This document shows, one piece after another, positions 37,787 through 48,185 of a stretch of DNA of 64,000 nt (position 1 is its first letter; every line of letters begins with the position of its first letter). The notes beneath the pieces were generated by a model. It made no database searches, was not told the DNA's origin, and worked only from the letters and a program-made list of their open reading frames with translations. Location: contig OZ242311.1 of NCBI GenBank assembly GCA_965207885.1, positions 4,832,001 to 4,896,000 on the forward strand, given 5' to 3'. This stretch comes from Candidatus Latescibacterota bacterium. Its GTDB lineage: Bacteria; Latescibacterota; UBA2968. Made by a program: the position numbers and the translations under genes.

Positions 37787-39640
37787 TTAATCCGCAATTT
37801 CTCTAACGCGAATGCGCGTGCCGGGCCGCAAGCGCGATGGACTTCGAATGTCATTCCAGGATTGCAAAGCTGCCACACTGGTATCAAAGGCGCGCGCTAT
37901 GCCCCACAAGGTATCGCCCGTGCGTACTGTATAAAAGATGGTAGATTCCGATGTTCCATCTTTGGGGACCCACAGTGTGAGGCGGTCACCCGGGTGAATG
38001 GGATGATTGGCATTCAGATTATTCCATGCGCGCAGGTGCGAGACCGTGATGCCTTTTCGTCTGGCAATGCCCCATAGAGTATCACCTGTGCGCACCGTGA
38101 CATTGATCTGGCGATAGTGTTTGGGGTCGGGCTTGTGGCTGATATTTTTTGTTTGTAGTACCGGGCGTGTCTGTGTTGTAGCAGACACGCGTTTGGCGTG
38201 GGGATACATTGGAATGCTGAGTTTCTGACCGATTTGCAGGCGGCGAGGGTTGGTGATGCCATTGGCTGCCTGCAGGTCGGCTGACGATACCCCCACACGG
38301 GATGCGATGCCCGATATGGTGTCGCCGCGTTTGACCACATAGTCAATGAGTTGGATCTTTTTGTGTTCTGGTATTTGCGCGTAATTGGCTCTAAATTTCG
38401 CGCCTGTGCCTTTTGGAACGCGCAAAGTATAGGCGTTTCGCCGCATGGCAGGCGGTGTATATGGACGACGCAGTTCGGGGTTGAGGTGCCTCAGCCAGGT
38501 ATAGGTAGTGCCCACACATTCCGCTGCCAAACGCAGGTTTACTGGTTCTGTTAAAACGACTTTGTCATAAGACATGGGAGGTTGATAGACAACATCTTTA
38601 AAGCCAAAAAAAGTGGGGTCTTTGGCGATGATGACCATAGCCATAAATTTGGGTACATGATTGCGGGTTTCTCTGGGTAATGCGTCGATTTCCCAAAAGT
38701 CGCGGGTTCTGGATCTTGCAATGGCGCGATCCATCCGGCCCTGTCCACAGTTGTAGGCCGCGACAACGAGGCGCCAATCTCCAAAGTAGTCGTATAGATG
38801 ATTGAGATGTCGCGCAGCAGCGTGTGTAGATTTTTCGGGGTTCATGCGATCGTCGATATAGGTGTTGCGCCGCAGGCCATAGAGCAAGCCAGTGCGGTAC
38901 ATAAATTGCCACATGCCCAGGGCGTATGCACGCGAGAGTGCACGGGGATTAAATCCGCTTTCGATCATGGCTTTGTACGCGAGGTCCAAAGGCAGGCCCT
39001 GTTCGCGGAAAACAGTTTGGATCATGGGCAGATAGGCGGTGGAGCGAGACAGACTGCGTTCAAAGAAGTCGCGCTTTTCCGTAAGGAAATATTGGATGTA
39101 AGCCATGACTTCGGGGGTCAGGTCAATAGGTACATCGGCTTGCCCTGCCAGCACTCTTATTTTTAGTTCTCGATAGTGCGGATGATGCAACAAGTCGGCA
39201 ACTACAGATTCGGGAAGGGTATTGAGCAGGGTTGCCAGTGGCGCATGCGGTGGTATGGGCGCACGGGACGAAATCGCGTAATAGCGTTCGAGTGTAAAAC
39301 GCATTGTCGCGGTCCATTTGGCGGCTGTATTCGGTTCAGAAACAAAACGATGGCGCAACATGTGCGCTGCCGTATCGAGCAAAGCTCTTACGCGAAGAGA
39401 GTGGGTTTCGACTGCGGCATTTTGAAGCAGTTCATAGAGACGATCGCCCTTGGGTTCAATATCTTCTATATTTTCTATAGCTATAGAAGGCTTTATTGGT
39501 ATAATTGGTTCTACAACTTCTGCTGGTTCTGTAACTTCTGGTACAGTTACGGGGGCAGGCGCAGGTGTGAGGGGAGTGCGTGCGGTGGTTGCACAACCGC
39601 CAAAAATTAGAACTGCAATAAGACACAGGTTATACCGCAT
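37787..39640 (-). CDS. MltD-like lytic transglycosylase with three LysM domains (lipoprotein)
   Basis: IESGFNP.A.S...A.GMWQFM, AAYNCG.G, ETRNHVPK, three V..GDT LysM repeats; probable start MRYNL with lipobox FGGC. Confidence 0.92.
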   Translation of the reverse strand: MRYNLCLIAVLIFGGCATTARTPLTPAPAPVTVPEVTEPAEVVEPIIPIKPSIAIENIEDIEPKGDRLYELLQNAAVETHSLRVRALLDTAAHMLRHRFVSEPNTAAKWTATMRFTLERYYAISSRAPIPPHAPLATLLNTLPESVVADLLHHPHYRELKIRVLAGQADVPIDLTPEVMAYIQYFLTEKRDFFERSLSRSTAYLPMIQTVFREQGLPLDLAYKAMIESGFNPRALSRAYALGMWQFMYRTGLLYGLRRNTYIDDRMNPEKSTHAAARHLNHLYDYFGDWRLVVAAYNCGQGRMDRAIARSRTRDFWEIDALPRETRNHVPKFMAMVIIAKDPTFFGFKDVVYQPPMSYDKVVLTEPVNLRLAAECVGTTYTWLRHLNPELRRPYTPPAMRRNAYTLRVPKGTGAKFRANYAQIPEHKKIQLIDYVVKRGDTISGIASRVGVSSADLQAANGITNPRRLQIGQKLSIPMYPHAKRVSATTQTRPVLQTKNISHKPDPKHYRQINVTVRTGDTLWGIARRKGITVSHLRAWNNLNANHPIHPGDRLTLWVPKDGTSESTIFYTVRTGDTLWGIARAFDTSVAALQSWNDIRSPSRLRPGTRIRVREIAD

Positions 39641-39653
39641 GGCCGTCTTCGCG

Positions 39654-40415
39654 TTATTGAGAAGATTTTGCCTGTACAATAAATGCTGTTTCATAGCCTT
39701 TCTTTGTTACCTCCTCGAGTAATATTTTTGCATCGTTGCGCGTCTAAAAATTGCCGACGCGCACCTTAAAATAAGGGGGTTCAAAATCGATAAAAACATC
39801 GTCGCGCGCCAGTTGAACACGCGCTTGCATTTGTGCATTTTCCGCTGAGCCTCGCGTCGATGACGAAAAAATTTGAACTCGAAACCCCGATGTGGCACCG
39901 CTTTCAGGTAGCACATTGGCAATTTGTGTGCGAACGACATAAGCATCGGGAAAACCCAGTGCTCTGATGGCGTCGCGCAGTGTTTTGGCCGATTCGGGCG
40001 TGCGGCTGTTGCCCGCTTGAATTTTGTAGAGTTGGATGTCTTCGTCGAGATGCATATATGTCAGTACCTGAGCCTCACGCTGAATTTGTTCGCGCAAAGC
40101 TTCTGCCCGGTTGTGATCGCGAAGGGCTGCAACCTGAACGCGGAAGCCCTCAATTTGTGATACTTCCGCAGGGGATATTGCTTCGGCGCGTACAGGTGTT
40201 TGCAACACCGGGTCGTCGTCCATGAGCGTCTGCGGGTCAAATTCTTCTCGCGCCGCCAACGAATCGGCTGCCGATGAATCAGCCATCGGTGAATCAGCCG
40301 GGGGGACGATTTGGGTCTGCGGTGCGACACAGCCGATCAGGAACACGACAAATAAGACAAATAACAAGATTTTTTTTCTCATCATTTTGTCTCCACGAGC
40401 AGTGGTCAGGTTCAT
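39654..40415 (-). pseudogene. Lipoprotein with two SPOR domains; in-frame TAG at 39744-39746 truncates the second domain
   Basis: GFRVQ...YKIQAGN...DAYVV, then GFRVQ...FKVRVGNF*TRNDAKILLEEVTKKGYETAFIVQAKSSQ*; the frame after the TAG completes a typical SPOR domain. Confidence 0.75.
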
Positions 40416-40611
40416 TTTTTATCTTCACCCGTGCCATCTACCTCTGTCCATTGTCCAGATGCGATTTCACCTTACACTTTAAGAATACATGCAAAATTTG
40501 TCAACGACTTATATTGCGTAATTTATCGAAAAATGCTCTATTTTGCCCAATATCTTGTATATCTTAAAAAAATCATAAAGTCACTTAATTATGGAATAAA
40601 CGTGGAGTTTA

Positions 40612-41646
40612 CTATCCTAACCACCGCTCAAATATTTCTGAGTAATTGCCCTTTGCTACGCCTTTTTCCGTTATGATCGCCGTGACGAGGTGGTTAGGGG
40701 TCACGTCAAAGGCGGGATTGTACACCTGAATGCCACTGGGTGCGGTTTGCCGGCCCATGCCGTGCGTGATTTCTACTTCTTCGCGCTCTTCAATGGGAAT
40801 TTGTGTGCCAGTATCGCGTTTCATGTCAATGGTAGATAGGGGCGCGGCCACATAAAATGGCACCTGGTGCGCTTTGGCTAAAATTGCCAGTCCATAGGTG
40901 CCGATTTTGTTGGCTACGTCTCCGTTTTTGGCAATGCGATCTGCGCCGACAACAATGCTGTCGATGTTTTTTTCGCGCAGCACCGCAGCAGCCATGCTAT
41001 CGCATATCACGGTGACATCTACGCCGCTTTGATTCAGTTCCCAGGCAGTGAGACGCGACCCCTGTAAGAGTGGCCGGGTTTCGTCGGCATAGACCGCGAC
41101 TTGTTTGCCCGCTTCAACGGCGGCGTAAACCACTGCGAGCGCCGTGCCATAGTCAGCCGTGGCCAGGCCGCCTGCATTGCAGTGGGTCAATACAGTCGCC
41201 TGTGAAGATAGCAATTCGGCACCATTGCGACCAATCTGGCGGCATATTCTTTTGTCGTCTTCAAAAATTTCATGGGCTTCTTTGAGCAGGCGGTCGCGTT
41301 TTTTTGCGGGTGAATGGTCATCTGCTTTGGCGAGGACCTTTTCTTGGCGATCAAGTGCCCAAAAGAGGTTGACGGCTGTGGGGCGCGTTTGCGCCAGTTT
41401 TTGAATGCTTTTCGCGACATACCGATCAAAGTCGGCATTACGCGCTATGGCTTCTTGCGCTGCAATCACGACGCCATAAGCAGCCGCTACACCAATGGCT
41501 GGCGCGCCGCGCACTCTCAAGCTGACGATGGCTTCTGCCACCGTGCCGACATCGCGGCAAGTGATGAATTTGTACTCTTCTGGCAATAAGGTCTGGTCGA
41601 TGAGGCACAGGGCATCATCTTCCCATGTGATGGTTGGAACGGGCAT
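40612..41646 (-). CDS. mtnA: Methylthioribose-1-phosphate isomerase
   Basis: DQTLLP, VRGAPAIG, RPTAVNL, THCNAG.LAT, ETRP.LQG.RLT, ANKIGT, NPAFDVTP. Confidence 0.96.
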   Translation of the reverse strand: MPVPTITWEDDALCLIDQTLLPEEYKFITCRDVGTVAEAIVSLRVRGAPAIGVAAAYGVVIAAQEAIARNADFDRYVAKSIQKLAQTRPTAVNLFWALDRQEKVLAKADDHSPAKKRDRLLKEAHEIFEDDKRICRQIGRNGAELLSSQATVLTHCNAGGLATADYGTALAVVYAAVEAGKQVAVYADETRPLLQGSRLTAWELNQSGVDVTVICDSMAAAVLREKNIDSIVVGADRIAKNGDVANKIGTYGLAILAKAHQVPFYVAAPLSTIDMKRDTGTQIPIEEREEVEITHGMGRQTAPSGIQVYNPAFDVTPNHLVTAIITEKGVAKGNYSEIFERWLG

Positions 41647-41661
41647 TGGCCATCTCTTGTG

Positions 41662-42045
41662 TCACGGGTCGCGGATTAAGTTGTCCATCAATACATCGTC
41701 TTCAATGCGCTCTATCGGCGCGTCGCGCCACAGGCGTTCCAGACCGTAAAATTGGCGCGATTCTTTTTGAAAAATGTGTACGACAATGTCGAAGAAGTCG
41801 ATCAGTACCCATTTCCGCACATCATATCCTTCGATCTGATAGGGGTGCTGCCCTTCTGCCTTGAGCCCCTCAATTACCGCATCGGCCAGGGCGCGAACAT
41901 GCACATCGGAGGTTCCCGTGCAGATGATAAAGTAATCGACGAAGTCGGCTGTTTGGCGCAGGTCAATGGCAATGAGGTCTTCGGCTTTGCGCGATAGCAA
42001 CTGTTCAATACAGATACTGCGAACGTTTTCGGTAGTATCTGACAA
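41662..42045 (-). CDS. rsfS: Ribosome silencing factor
   Basis: KAED, DYFIICTG.S..HV.A, WVLID..DIVVHIF...RQFYGLERLW. Confidence 0.93.
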   Translation of the reverse strand: MSDTTENVRSICIEQLLSRKAEDLIAIDLRQTADFVDYFIICTGTSDVHVRALADAVIEGLKAEGQHPYQIEGYDVRKWVLIDFFDIVVHIFQKESRQFYGLERLWRDAPIERIEDDVLMDNLIRDP

Positions 42046-42054
42046 ATTGAACTC

Positions 42055-42468
42055 CTATTTAAATATTTCCAATCTGCGATAATCGCGCCCAATGATGACG
42101 GTGACTTCCTCAATGCGAAAAGGATCGGGTGTTTTTTGCTGGATCACATTGGGCGTGCCGAGTACATCGGCGACTTGTTTGGCATATTCTATTTTGCCCA
42201 GGCGATCTATGACAATGGTTTCGGGAAAGTTGAAATTTTCAGCATTGCCCAGGGTCATGACATCTATGCCAAAATCGCGCAGTTTTTGCCCGACCTCGGT
42301 TGCAATGCCGCCTGTACCACAGCCATTGAGAATTTCAACGCGAATATTGTGAGAGACCTGGGGTGCTTCGGGCACGACATCAGGTGCTGTTTGCGGTTCC
42401 CAAAAAGCTTTTGTCGCAAAGACCAGGCCGGCGATAATAAGGCAGCCGAGAACCCATAACCATTTCAT
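42055..42468 (-). CDS. LytR C-terminal domain protein
   Basis: VEILNGCG..GIA, GNA, VTVIIGRD; N-terminal TM helix; probable start MKWLW. Confidence 0.85.
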   Translation of the reverse strand: MKWLWVLGCLIIAGLVFATKAFWEPQTAPDVVPEAPQVSHNIRVEILNGCGTGGIATEVGQKLRDFGIDVMTLGNAENFNFPETIVIDRLGKIEYAKQVADVLGTPNVIQQKTPDPFRIEEVTVIIGRDYRRLEIFK

Positions 42469-42506
42469 ATTGGCCAATATAACAATAAAAAAAACAATAA
42501 AAAGAG

Positions 42507-42545
42507 AAAAAAAAAGAGACGCCAACCTTATGCGGTGGCGCCCTT
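42507..42545 (-). terminator. Probable intrinsic terminator
   Basis: Minus strand: imperfect CGCCA/TGGCG hairpin followed by a long T run, downstream of 42565-43032. Confidence 0.55.
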
Positions 42546-42564
42546 ATCTGTTCAGGTCAGTTCT

Positions 42565-43032
42565 TTAATAACGTCTGTACCTGTCGTTGTAATAATAGGG
42601 ATAGCCATAGCCATTGAAGGTGCTGAATTCAAATTCGATGCGAATATTGGGTTTGGGCTGATACAAAAGACTGACATTGGGAACGACGACTTGAACACCA
42701 CCCGATGAGGTCGAACCGTAACGCGTATTGCCCGACATTTGATTGACCAGACCAACTTGCGCTCTGACGATGAGCGGTTTGGATATCTGATAGGTGATGT
42801 CGTTGAGATAATACTGGTTCAGGCCTCCGCCGTATCCCGAACTGTAACTGATTCCAATGGTGTGGTTAAATTTGAGCTTTTTCAGGTCGAACAAACCGCT
42901 GGTGGTTTTTAACCCGTTCACGAGGTTTTCACCTGCGAGTGGGATTTTGTTTTGCGGCTGAATGCCAATTTCTGCCCGTGCCTGCGTCGCAATCAAGGCT
43001 ACAACTGCAAGTGTAGAAATCCATTTGCACAT
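42565..43032 (-). CDS. Secreted hypothetical protein (beta-rich)
   Basis: Signal peptide ending QARA; aromatic/Gly-rich beta strands. Confidence 0.7.
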   Translation of the reverse strand: MCKWISTLAVVALIATQARAEIGIQPQNKIPLAGENLVNGLKTTSGLFDLKKLKFNHTIGISYSSGYGGGLNQYYLNDITYQISKPLIVRAQVGLVNQMSGNTRYGSTSSGGVQVVVPNVSLLYQPKPNIRIEFEFSTFNGYGYPYYYNDRYRRY

Positions 43033-43160
43033 ATGTAAAACCCCCTTTCCGTTATGAACAGGATACGGAAACTGAGATGAGATGTCAAGTGTTCTGTTTT
43101 CTTAGACACCTGAGTATATCTTTATGTTCCATAGTGGTTAATGTATGTCGTTCGCTGTTA

Positions 43161-44282
43161 TTACGCCTTGTCCATCAACTTAGCAAATTCGTCGAAGAGA
43201 TAATCGGCATCGTGCGGGCCAGCGGAGGCTTCGGGGTGGTATTGGACGGAGAAGGCGGGTAGTTCGCGGTGGCGCAGGCCTTCGAGGGTGTTGTCATTGA
43301 GGTTGATGTGGGTGAGTGCTACGACTTCCCGGTCGAGGGTGTTGAGATCGACGCAGAAACCGTGATTTTGTGCGGTGATTTCGACTTTCCCCGTGCTGGC
43401 GTGTTGCACGGGCTGGTTGGCACCCCGGTGGCCAAATTTGAGTTTGTACGTTTTTCCACCCAGTGCCAGGCCGAGAAGCTGATGGCCCAGGCATATTCCA
43501 AAGGTGGGGCGTTCGCGGATCAATTTGCGGATGTTTTCGACCGCATAAGTCACGGGTTCTGGATCGCCCGGGCCGTTGGATAAAAAGATGCCATCGGGAT
43601 CAATTTCGAGGAGTTGCTCTGCGGGTGTATCGGCGGGAAAAACAGTTACATCGCAGCCGCGGTCAATGAGGTAGCGCAAGATGTTGTGTTTGATGCCAAA
43701 GTCGTAAGCCGCCACGCGGTATTTGGCTTTTTGCTTAAGATGTCTGGTCTGGCCGATTTTGAGATCGCAAAGACCCTCGGCCCAGTGATAAGGTTCTGTG
43801 CAGGTGACGTTTTGCACGAGGTCACGGCCAATTAGGCCGGGAAAGTCTCGCGCTTTTTGAACGAGGCTGTCAGAATCGAGATCGATGGTTGAAAGCACGC
43901 CTTTCATTGCGCCTTGACGGCGGATATGCCGCACGAGGGCGCGGGTGTCAATGCCCTCAATGCCGGGTATATCGTGTTCTTTTAGAAAGTCGCCGAGGGC
44001 AATGGTCGATCGCCAATTGCTGGGGTATGGACAGTATTCTTTGACTATAAAGCCAGAGACCTGGGGTTTTTGAGATTCAAAGTCGGATGGGTTGATGCCG
44101 TAGTTGCCAATGAGTGGATAGGTCATGGTTACGATCTGGCTGTTATAAGACGGGTCTGTGAGGATTTCCTGATAGCCCGTCATGCTGGTGTTGAAGACAA
44201 CTTCTCCTTCGCATTCGGCTTCTGTGCCAAAGGATTTGCCTTTGAAAATGGTGCCGTCTTCCAATGCGAGAATCGCTTCCAT
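43161..44282 (-). CDS. carA: Carbamoyl-phosphate synthase small subunit
   Basis: [33 protein letters not shown]. Confidence 0.97.
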   Translation of the reverse strand: MEAILALEDGTIFKGKSFGTEAECEGEVVFNTSMTGYQEILTDPSYNSQIVTMTYPLIGNYGINPSDFESQKPQVSGFIVKEYCPYPSNWRSTIALGDFLKEHDIPGIEGIDTRALVRHIRRQGAMKGVLSTIDLDSDSLVQKARDFPGLIGRDLVQNVTCTEPYHWAEGLCDLKIGQTRHLKQKAKYRVAAYDFGIKHNILRYLIDRGCDVTVFPADTPAEQLLEIDPDGIFLSNGPGDPEPVTYAVENIRKLIRERPTFGICLGHQLLGLALGGKTYKLKFGHRGANQPVQHASTGKVEITAQNHGFCVDLNTLDREVVALTHINLNDNTLEGLRHRELPAFSVQYHPEASAGPHDADYLFDEFAKLMDKA

Positions 44283-44295
44283 GAATGTCTTTCCT

Positions 44296-45567
44296 TTAGT
44301 GTTTGTACGTCACTCGACCACCCAGTATCGTCATTGTAGCCCGGCCTTTTAATGACCATCCGTGAAAGGGCGTGTTGCGCGATTTGGATTTGAACTGATT
44401 GGCATCTACAATCCATTCGAGATTGGGATTGATGACTGTAATATCGGCGGGTTTGCCGAGGGAGAGGTTGCCGCCTTCAATGCCGAGGATGCGCGCGGGT
44501 TCTATTGTGAGTTTGGCAATTGTATCTAAGAGGGGGAGCAGATTGGTGTGGACGAGTTTGGTGAATATGACGCCGACAGCGGTTTCGAGTCCGAGTATGC
44601 CATTGGGTGCATTGGTAAATGCACCCAATTTTTCTTTGGTCGTATGTGGCGCATGGTCTGTGGCGAGTGCGTCAATAGTGCCGTCCTGTAAGCCTGCGAT
44701 CACAGCTTCCCGGTCTTCGCTGGAGCGAAGTGGCGGACTCATTTTGCCAGCCGTGCCGAGTACGCGCACGTCTTCATCGGTCAAGGCAATGTGATGGGGA
44801 GAGGCTTCGCAGGTGACGGGCAAGCCCTCTGCTTTGGCTTTCCGCACGAGTTCGGCGGCGCGTTTGACACTGAGGTGCAGGATGTGGAGACGCCCCCGGG
44901 TTTGGCGCACGAGCTCGATGTCGCGCGCGTTCATGGCGGCTTCGCCTTCGGCGGGCATGCCCTTCAGGCAGAGTTCGCGGGAGGCCGTGCCTTCGTGCAT
45001 GTGTCCGCCACGCGTGAGTTCAAAGACTTCGGAGTGAGGATAAACCGCAAAATCATTGGCGGCCGCGCGCTCCAAAAGTTGGCGCATTAGAGCTTCGGAT
45101 TCAATGGGGAGGCCGTCGTCGGAAAATCCAACAGCCCCTGCTTTGAGCAGGGCATCGGTGTCGGTGAGTTTTTCGCCCTGCATTTTTTCGGTTGCACAGG
45201 CAATGGGATACACGCGGGCATCTGCCGATTTTGCCTGTTGGGCGATGTATTGGACAATTTCTGGATTGTCCATCGTCGGTTCTGTATTGGGCAAACAGGC
45301 GACAGATGTGAAGCCTCCGGCAGCAGCGGCTTCACATCCGGTTTTGATGGTTTCTTTTTCTGGAAAGCCCGGATCGCGCAGGTGGACGTGCATATCGATG
45401 AGGCCGGGTACGACGATTTGGCCTGAGACATCGATGGCTTTGACACTTGCGACGATATGCGGTTCAATACGCGCGATGTGACCGCGCTGGATGAGCAGAT
45501 CGGCGATTTCCTCGCGGTTGTTAGCCGGGTCGAGGATGCGACCGTTTTTGAGCAGGAGTTCGGACAT
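44296..45567 (-). CDS. pyrC: Dihydroorotase
   Basis: [30 protein letters not shown]. Confidence 0.95.
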   Translation of the reverse strand: MSELLLKNGRILDPANNREEIADLLIQRGHIARIEPHIVASVKAIDVSGQIVVPGLIDMHVHLRDPGFPEKETIKTGCEAAAAGGFTSVACLPNTEPTMDNPEIVQYIAQQAKSADARVYPIACATEKMQGEKLTDTDALLKAGAVGFSDDGLPIESEALMRQLLERAAANDFAVYPHSEVFELTRGGHMHEGTASRELCLKGMPAEGEAAMNARDIELVRQTRGRLHILHLSVKRAAELVRKAKAEGLPVTCEASPHHIALTDEDVRVLGTAGKMSPPLRSSEDREAVIAGLQDGTIDALATDHAPHTTKEKLGAFTNAPNGILGLETAVGVIFTKLVHTNLLPLLDTIAKLTIEPARILGIEGGNLSLGKPADITVINPNLEWIVDANQFKSKSRNTPFHGWSLKGRATMTILGGRVTYKH

Positions 45568-45591
45568 TAGAAAGGTTGTAAATATCCTCTC

Positions 45592-46893
45592 TCAATCTGC
45601 GAAAACGGATTCGGGTACGCGGTCGCGGTAAGCTTCGATGGGCGGTAGATTGCCGTCGGCTTCGGTTTCGAGGGCACGTAGTCCGGTGAGGATTTCGAGG
45701 TCGTCGCGGATGTCGGCCTGTGCCAGATAGGCTTCAGAGGCTTCGACTTCACCCAGGTCGAGCGTGTTGGGGATCCAGAGTACGCGGGCGTCTTCTGGCG
45801 CGATGAGGCCAACGGATTCGAGGGCGATGTCGAGGACTTCGGCGTCTGTGTCGCAGTGCAGCGGGACCGCCCCTGCTGAAACGTGTTGCCCGGTGATGAC
45901 GTTGGTATAGGTGGCGTGATAGTCGATTTTATCGACGAGACGCCGGGTGGCAAATTCGGCCATGCCGATGCCGGTGGCGTTTCCGTGCGTGGCTTCGGTG
46001 AGGTCGCGCACAAAGATGCGCAAGACGCGCGGGGTTTCGTCGCCCATTGCGCGGCGGTCATTGCGTTTGCGTCCGATGACGTTGGTGTCCATGCCCGAGC
46101 CGGAGATGTTTTTGCCCATTTCGTCGATGATGAGGAGATCGACATCATCGAAGGGAAGTGAGGGGCACCACTCTTTGGATTTGGCTTGAAGTACTTTTTC
46201 GCGTTCTTCAAAGTCTGCCGCGGGAATGGCTTCGATACGTGCGGTTTCGTCATAGCCGTTTTCAAGAGTGGCTACGCCAAAGGTGATGGGCATTTCCTCG
46301 CGCACGACTTTGCCGACTAAGCGCACGATTTTGTCAAAGGAATGGTGGATGATGGCGCGGTGATATACCGAGGCGCCTTTGTGTTTGCCGAGGCCAATGA
46401 GCATCATTTTCATCAGCCCGCTTTCAATTTCGCCGGCAAATCCCGTATGCGGTTTGATGCGGTTGACCACAATGACGTGATCGGCTTCGGATGCGTGTTT
46501 GTCAAAGTAGATGGGCATGCCAAAATCCGATACGCCGATCTGGACGACGTCCATCGACGATTTGATTGGACATTCCATTGTGCCTTCGGTGATGCCATAT
46601 CCGGCCAGGACCTGGATTTGTCCCTCGGCTGTGCCCCCGCCGTGCGATCCCATTGCGGGCACGATGTAGGGAACAGCGCCAATGGCTTTCATTTCTTCGA
46701 CGATGGTTTTGATGATGGTGTCGATGTTGGCGACGCCGCGGCTGCCCGCGGTTATGGCGACGGTTTGACCGGGTTTAATCACACAACTGGGATTGATGCT
46801 GGCGATTTCATCGCGCACAGTACCGGCGATGTCATCGACGCGAGGAGCGTCGAAGTGCTGGCGAATGCGGAACATTTGAGGGTAAGTCGGCAT
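45592..46893 (-). CDS. Lactate racemase (LarA)-like/DUF362 domain protein
   Basis: GSRGVANI, PAMGSHGG.TAEGQ, NRIKPHT, GKNISGSGMDTNV. Confidence 0.8.
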   Translation of the reverse strand: MPTYPQMFRIRQHFDAPRVDDIAGTVRDEIASINPSCVIKPGQTVAITAGSRGVANIDTIIKTIVEEMKAIGAVPYIVPAMGSHGGGTAEGQIQVLAGYGITEGTMECPIKSSMDVVQIGVSDFGMPIYFDKHASEADHVIVVNRIKPHTGFAGEIESGLMKMMLIGLGKHKGASVYHRAIIHHSFDKIVRLVGKVVREEMPITFGVATLENGYDETARIEAIPAADFEEREKVLQAKSKEWCPSLPFDDVDLLIIDEMGKNISGSGMDTNVIGRKRNDRRAMGDETPRVLRIFVRDLTEATHGNATGIGMAEFATRRLVDKIDYHATYTNVITGQHVSAGAVPLHCDTDAEVLDIALESVGLIAPEDARVLWIPNTLDLGEVEASEAYLAQADIRDDLEILTGLRALETEADGNLPPIEAYRDRVPESVFAD

Positions 46894-46920
46894 GGTTTAT
46901 CCTCCTGTTGTGAGTTGCTA

Positions 46921-48087
46921 TCACATGGATTCTTCGTAAAGGGCGATTACGTCTTTTATCGTCGTTTTGCGCGGGTTGACCTGAATATTGCCGCTTTTCA
47001 TCGCGTCTTCAGCCATGACATGGATGCCTTCGGCTTTTGCACCGGCTTCGCCCAATGTGGCGGGAATACCCACGTCGTCGGATAGGTTTTGCACGGCTTC
47101 AACGGCGAGAACAGATGCGTCAACAGCGCCCAATCCATTGACATCTTCGCCCATGGCGGCGGCGATGTCGGCGAATTTTTCCGGGCAGGCATAGCGATTG
47201 TAGGTCATGATGCGAGTGAGCAAGATCGAGTTGGCAATGCCGTGTGGTACGCCGTAGTGACCGCCGACTGGATGTGACATGGCATGTACGTTTCCCAGGC
47301 GCGTTTGTGAGAATGCGAACCCGGCCATGGTGCTGCCGATGATCATGTTTTGCGTGGCCTCGTGGTTGTGGTCGCTGTACGCGGCTTGTCGCAAATTTTG
47401 CGAGATGAGGCGGATGGCGTGCAGGGCCATGCCTTCGGAGATGGGGTTGGACATTAGAGACACATAGGATTCAATGGCGTGTGTCAATGCATCCATTCCG
47501 GTCGCTGCGGCTATGGGCAGTGGCAATGCGACGGCCATATCGGCATCGAGAATGCCCACATCGGGAATGACATAGGGACCTGAGACGGTGCCTTTGAAGT
47601 GGTTGTCGTCGGTAATGACGGCAAAGGGCGTGACTTCGCTGGCTGTGCCATAGGTGGTGGGGACGCACAGGAGAAAGGGGATGGGACCGGGAACGGGTTT
47701 TTCGCCGATAAAATAATCGGTGATTTTTCCCCCGTGATTGACGAGTACGCCCGAGGTTTTTGCCACGTCCATCGAGGATCCCCCACCAATGGCGAGCAGG
47801 AAGTCGCAATTTTCCGACTGGTATTGCGCGGCACAATCCTCGACGTTGCGAATGGGGGGATTGGGTTCAACGCCGTCGTAGATGCTGTAGGCTATGTGCG
47901 ATTTGTCGAGTATTTCTGTAACGCGTGCGACAACGCCGGCCTGGACGAGGCCCCTGTCGGTTACGATTTGTGCCTTTTTCACCTGCTGTTCGTTCAAAAT
48001 TTGGGGGATGTTGCCAATAGTCCCTCGCCCCATGATGAGGCGCGTGGGACCGTAATAACTAAAGTGATCTTGAAACGCCACGAGCAA
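46921..48087 (-). CDS. Iron-containing alcohol dehydrogenase
   Basis: GGGSSMDVAK, PTT.GT.SEVT, DALTHAIE, HAMSH, HG.AN. Confidence 0.93.
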   Translation of the reverse strand: MLVAFQDHFSYYGPTRLIMGRGTIGNIPQILNEQQVKKAQIVTDRGLVQAGVVARVTEILDKSHIAYSIYDGVEPNPPIRNVEDCAAQYQSENCDFLLAIGGGSSMDVAKTSGVLVNHGGKITDYFIGEKPVPGPIPFLLCVPTTYGTASEVTPFAVITDDNHFKGTVSGPYVIPDVGILDADMAVALPLPIAAATGMDALTHAIESYVSLMSNPISEGMALHAIRLISQNLRQAAYSDHNHEATQNMIIGSTMAGFAFSQTRLGNVHAMSHPVGGHYGVPHGIANSILLTRIMTYNRYACPEKFADIAAAMGEDVNGLGAVDASVLAVEAVQNLSDDVGIPATLGEAGAKAEGIHVMAEDAMKSGNIQVNPRKTTIKDVIALYEESM

Positions 48088-48185
48088 ACTCCTCTGCGAT
48101 TTTTATTCTTCCGATAGTAGCTAAAAAAAGAAAATGGTTTTTGATGGTGTTGTCAATGACATAAAAACACACCCGTGGCGTTGGT

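Noticed and set aside
8454-39746. Genome-wide TAG recoding
   Set aside because: The two internal TAGs appear to replace different residue types (Trp versus a variable position), and conserved genes here terminate properly at TAG.
45567-46265. 232-aa minus-strand ORF overlapping the LarA-like gene
   Set aside because: Alternative frame with low-complexity S/P/T composition.
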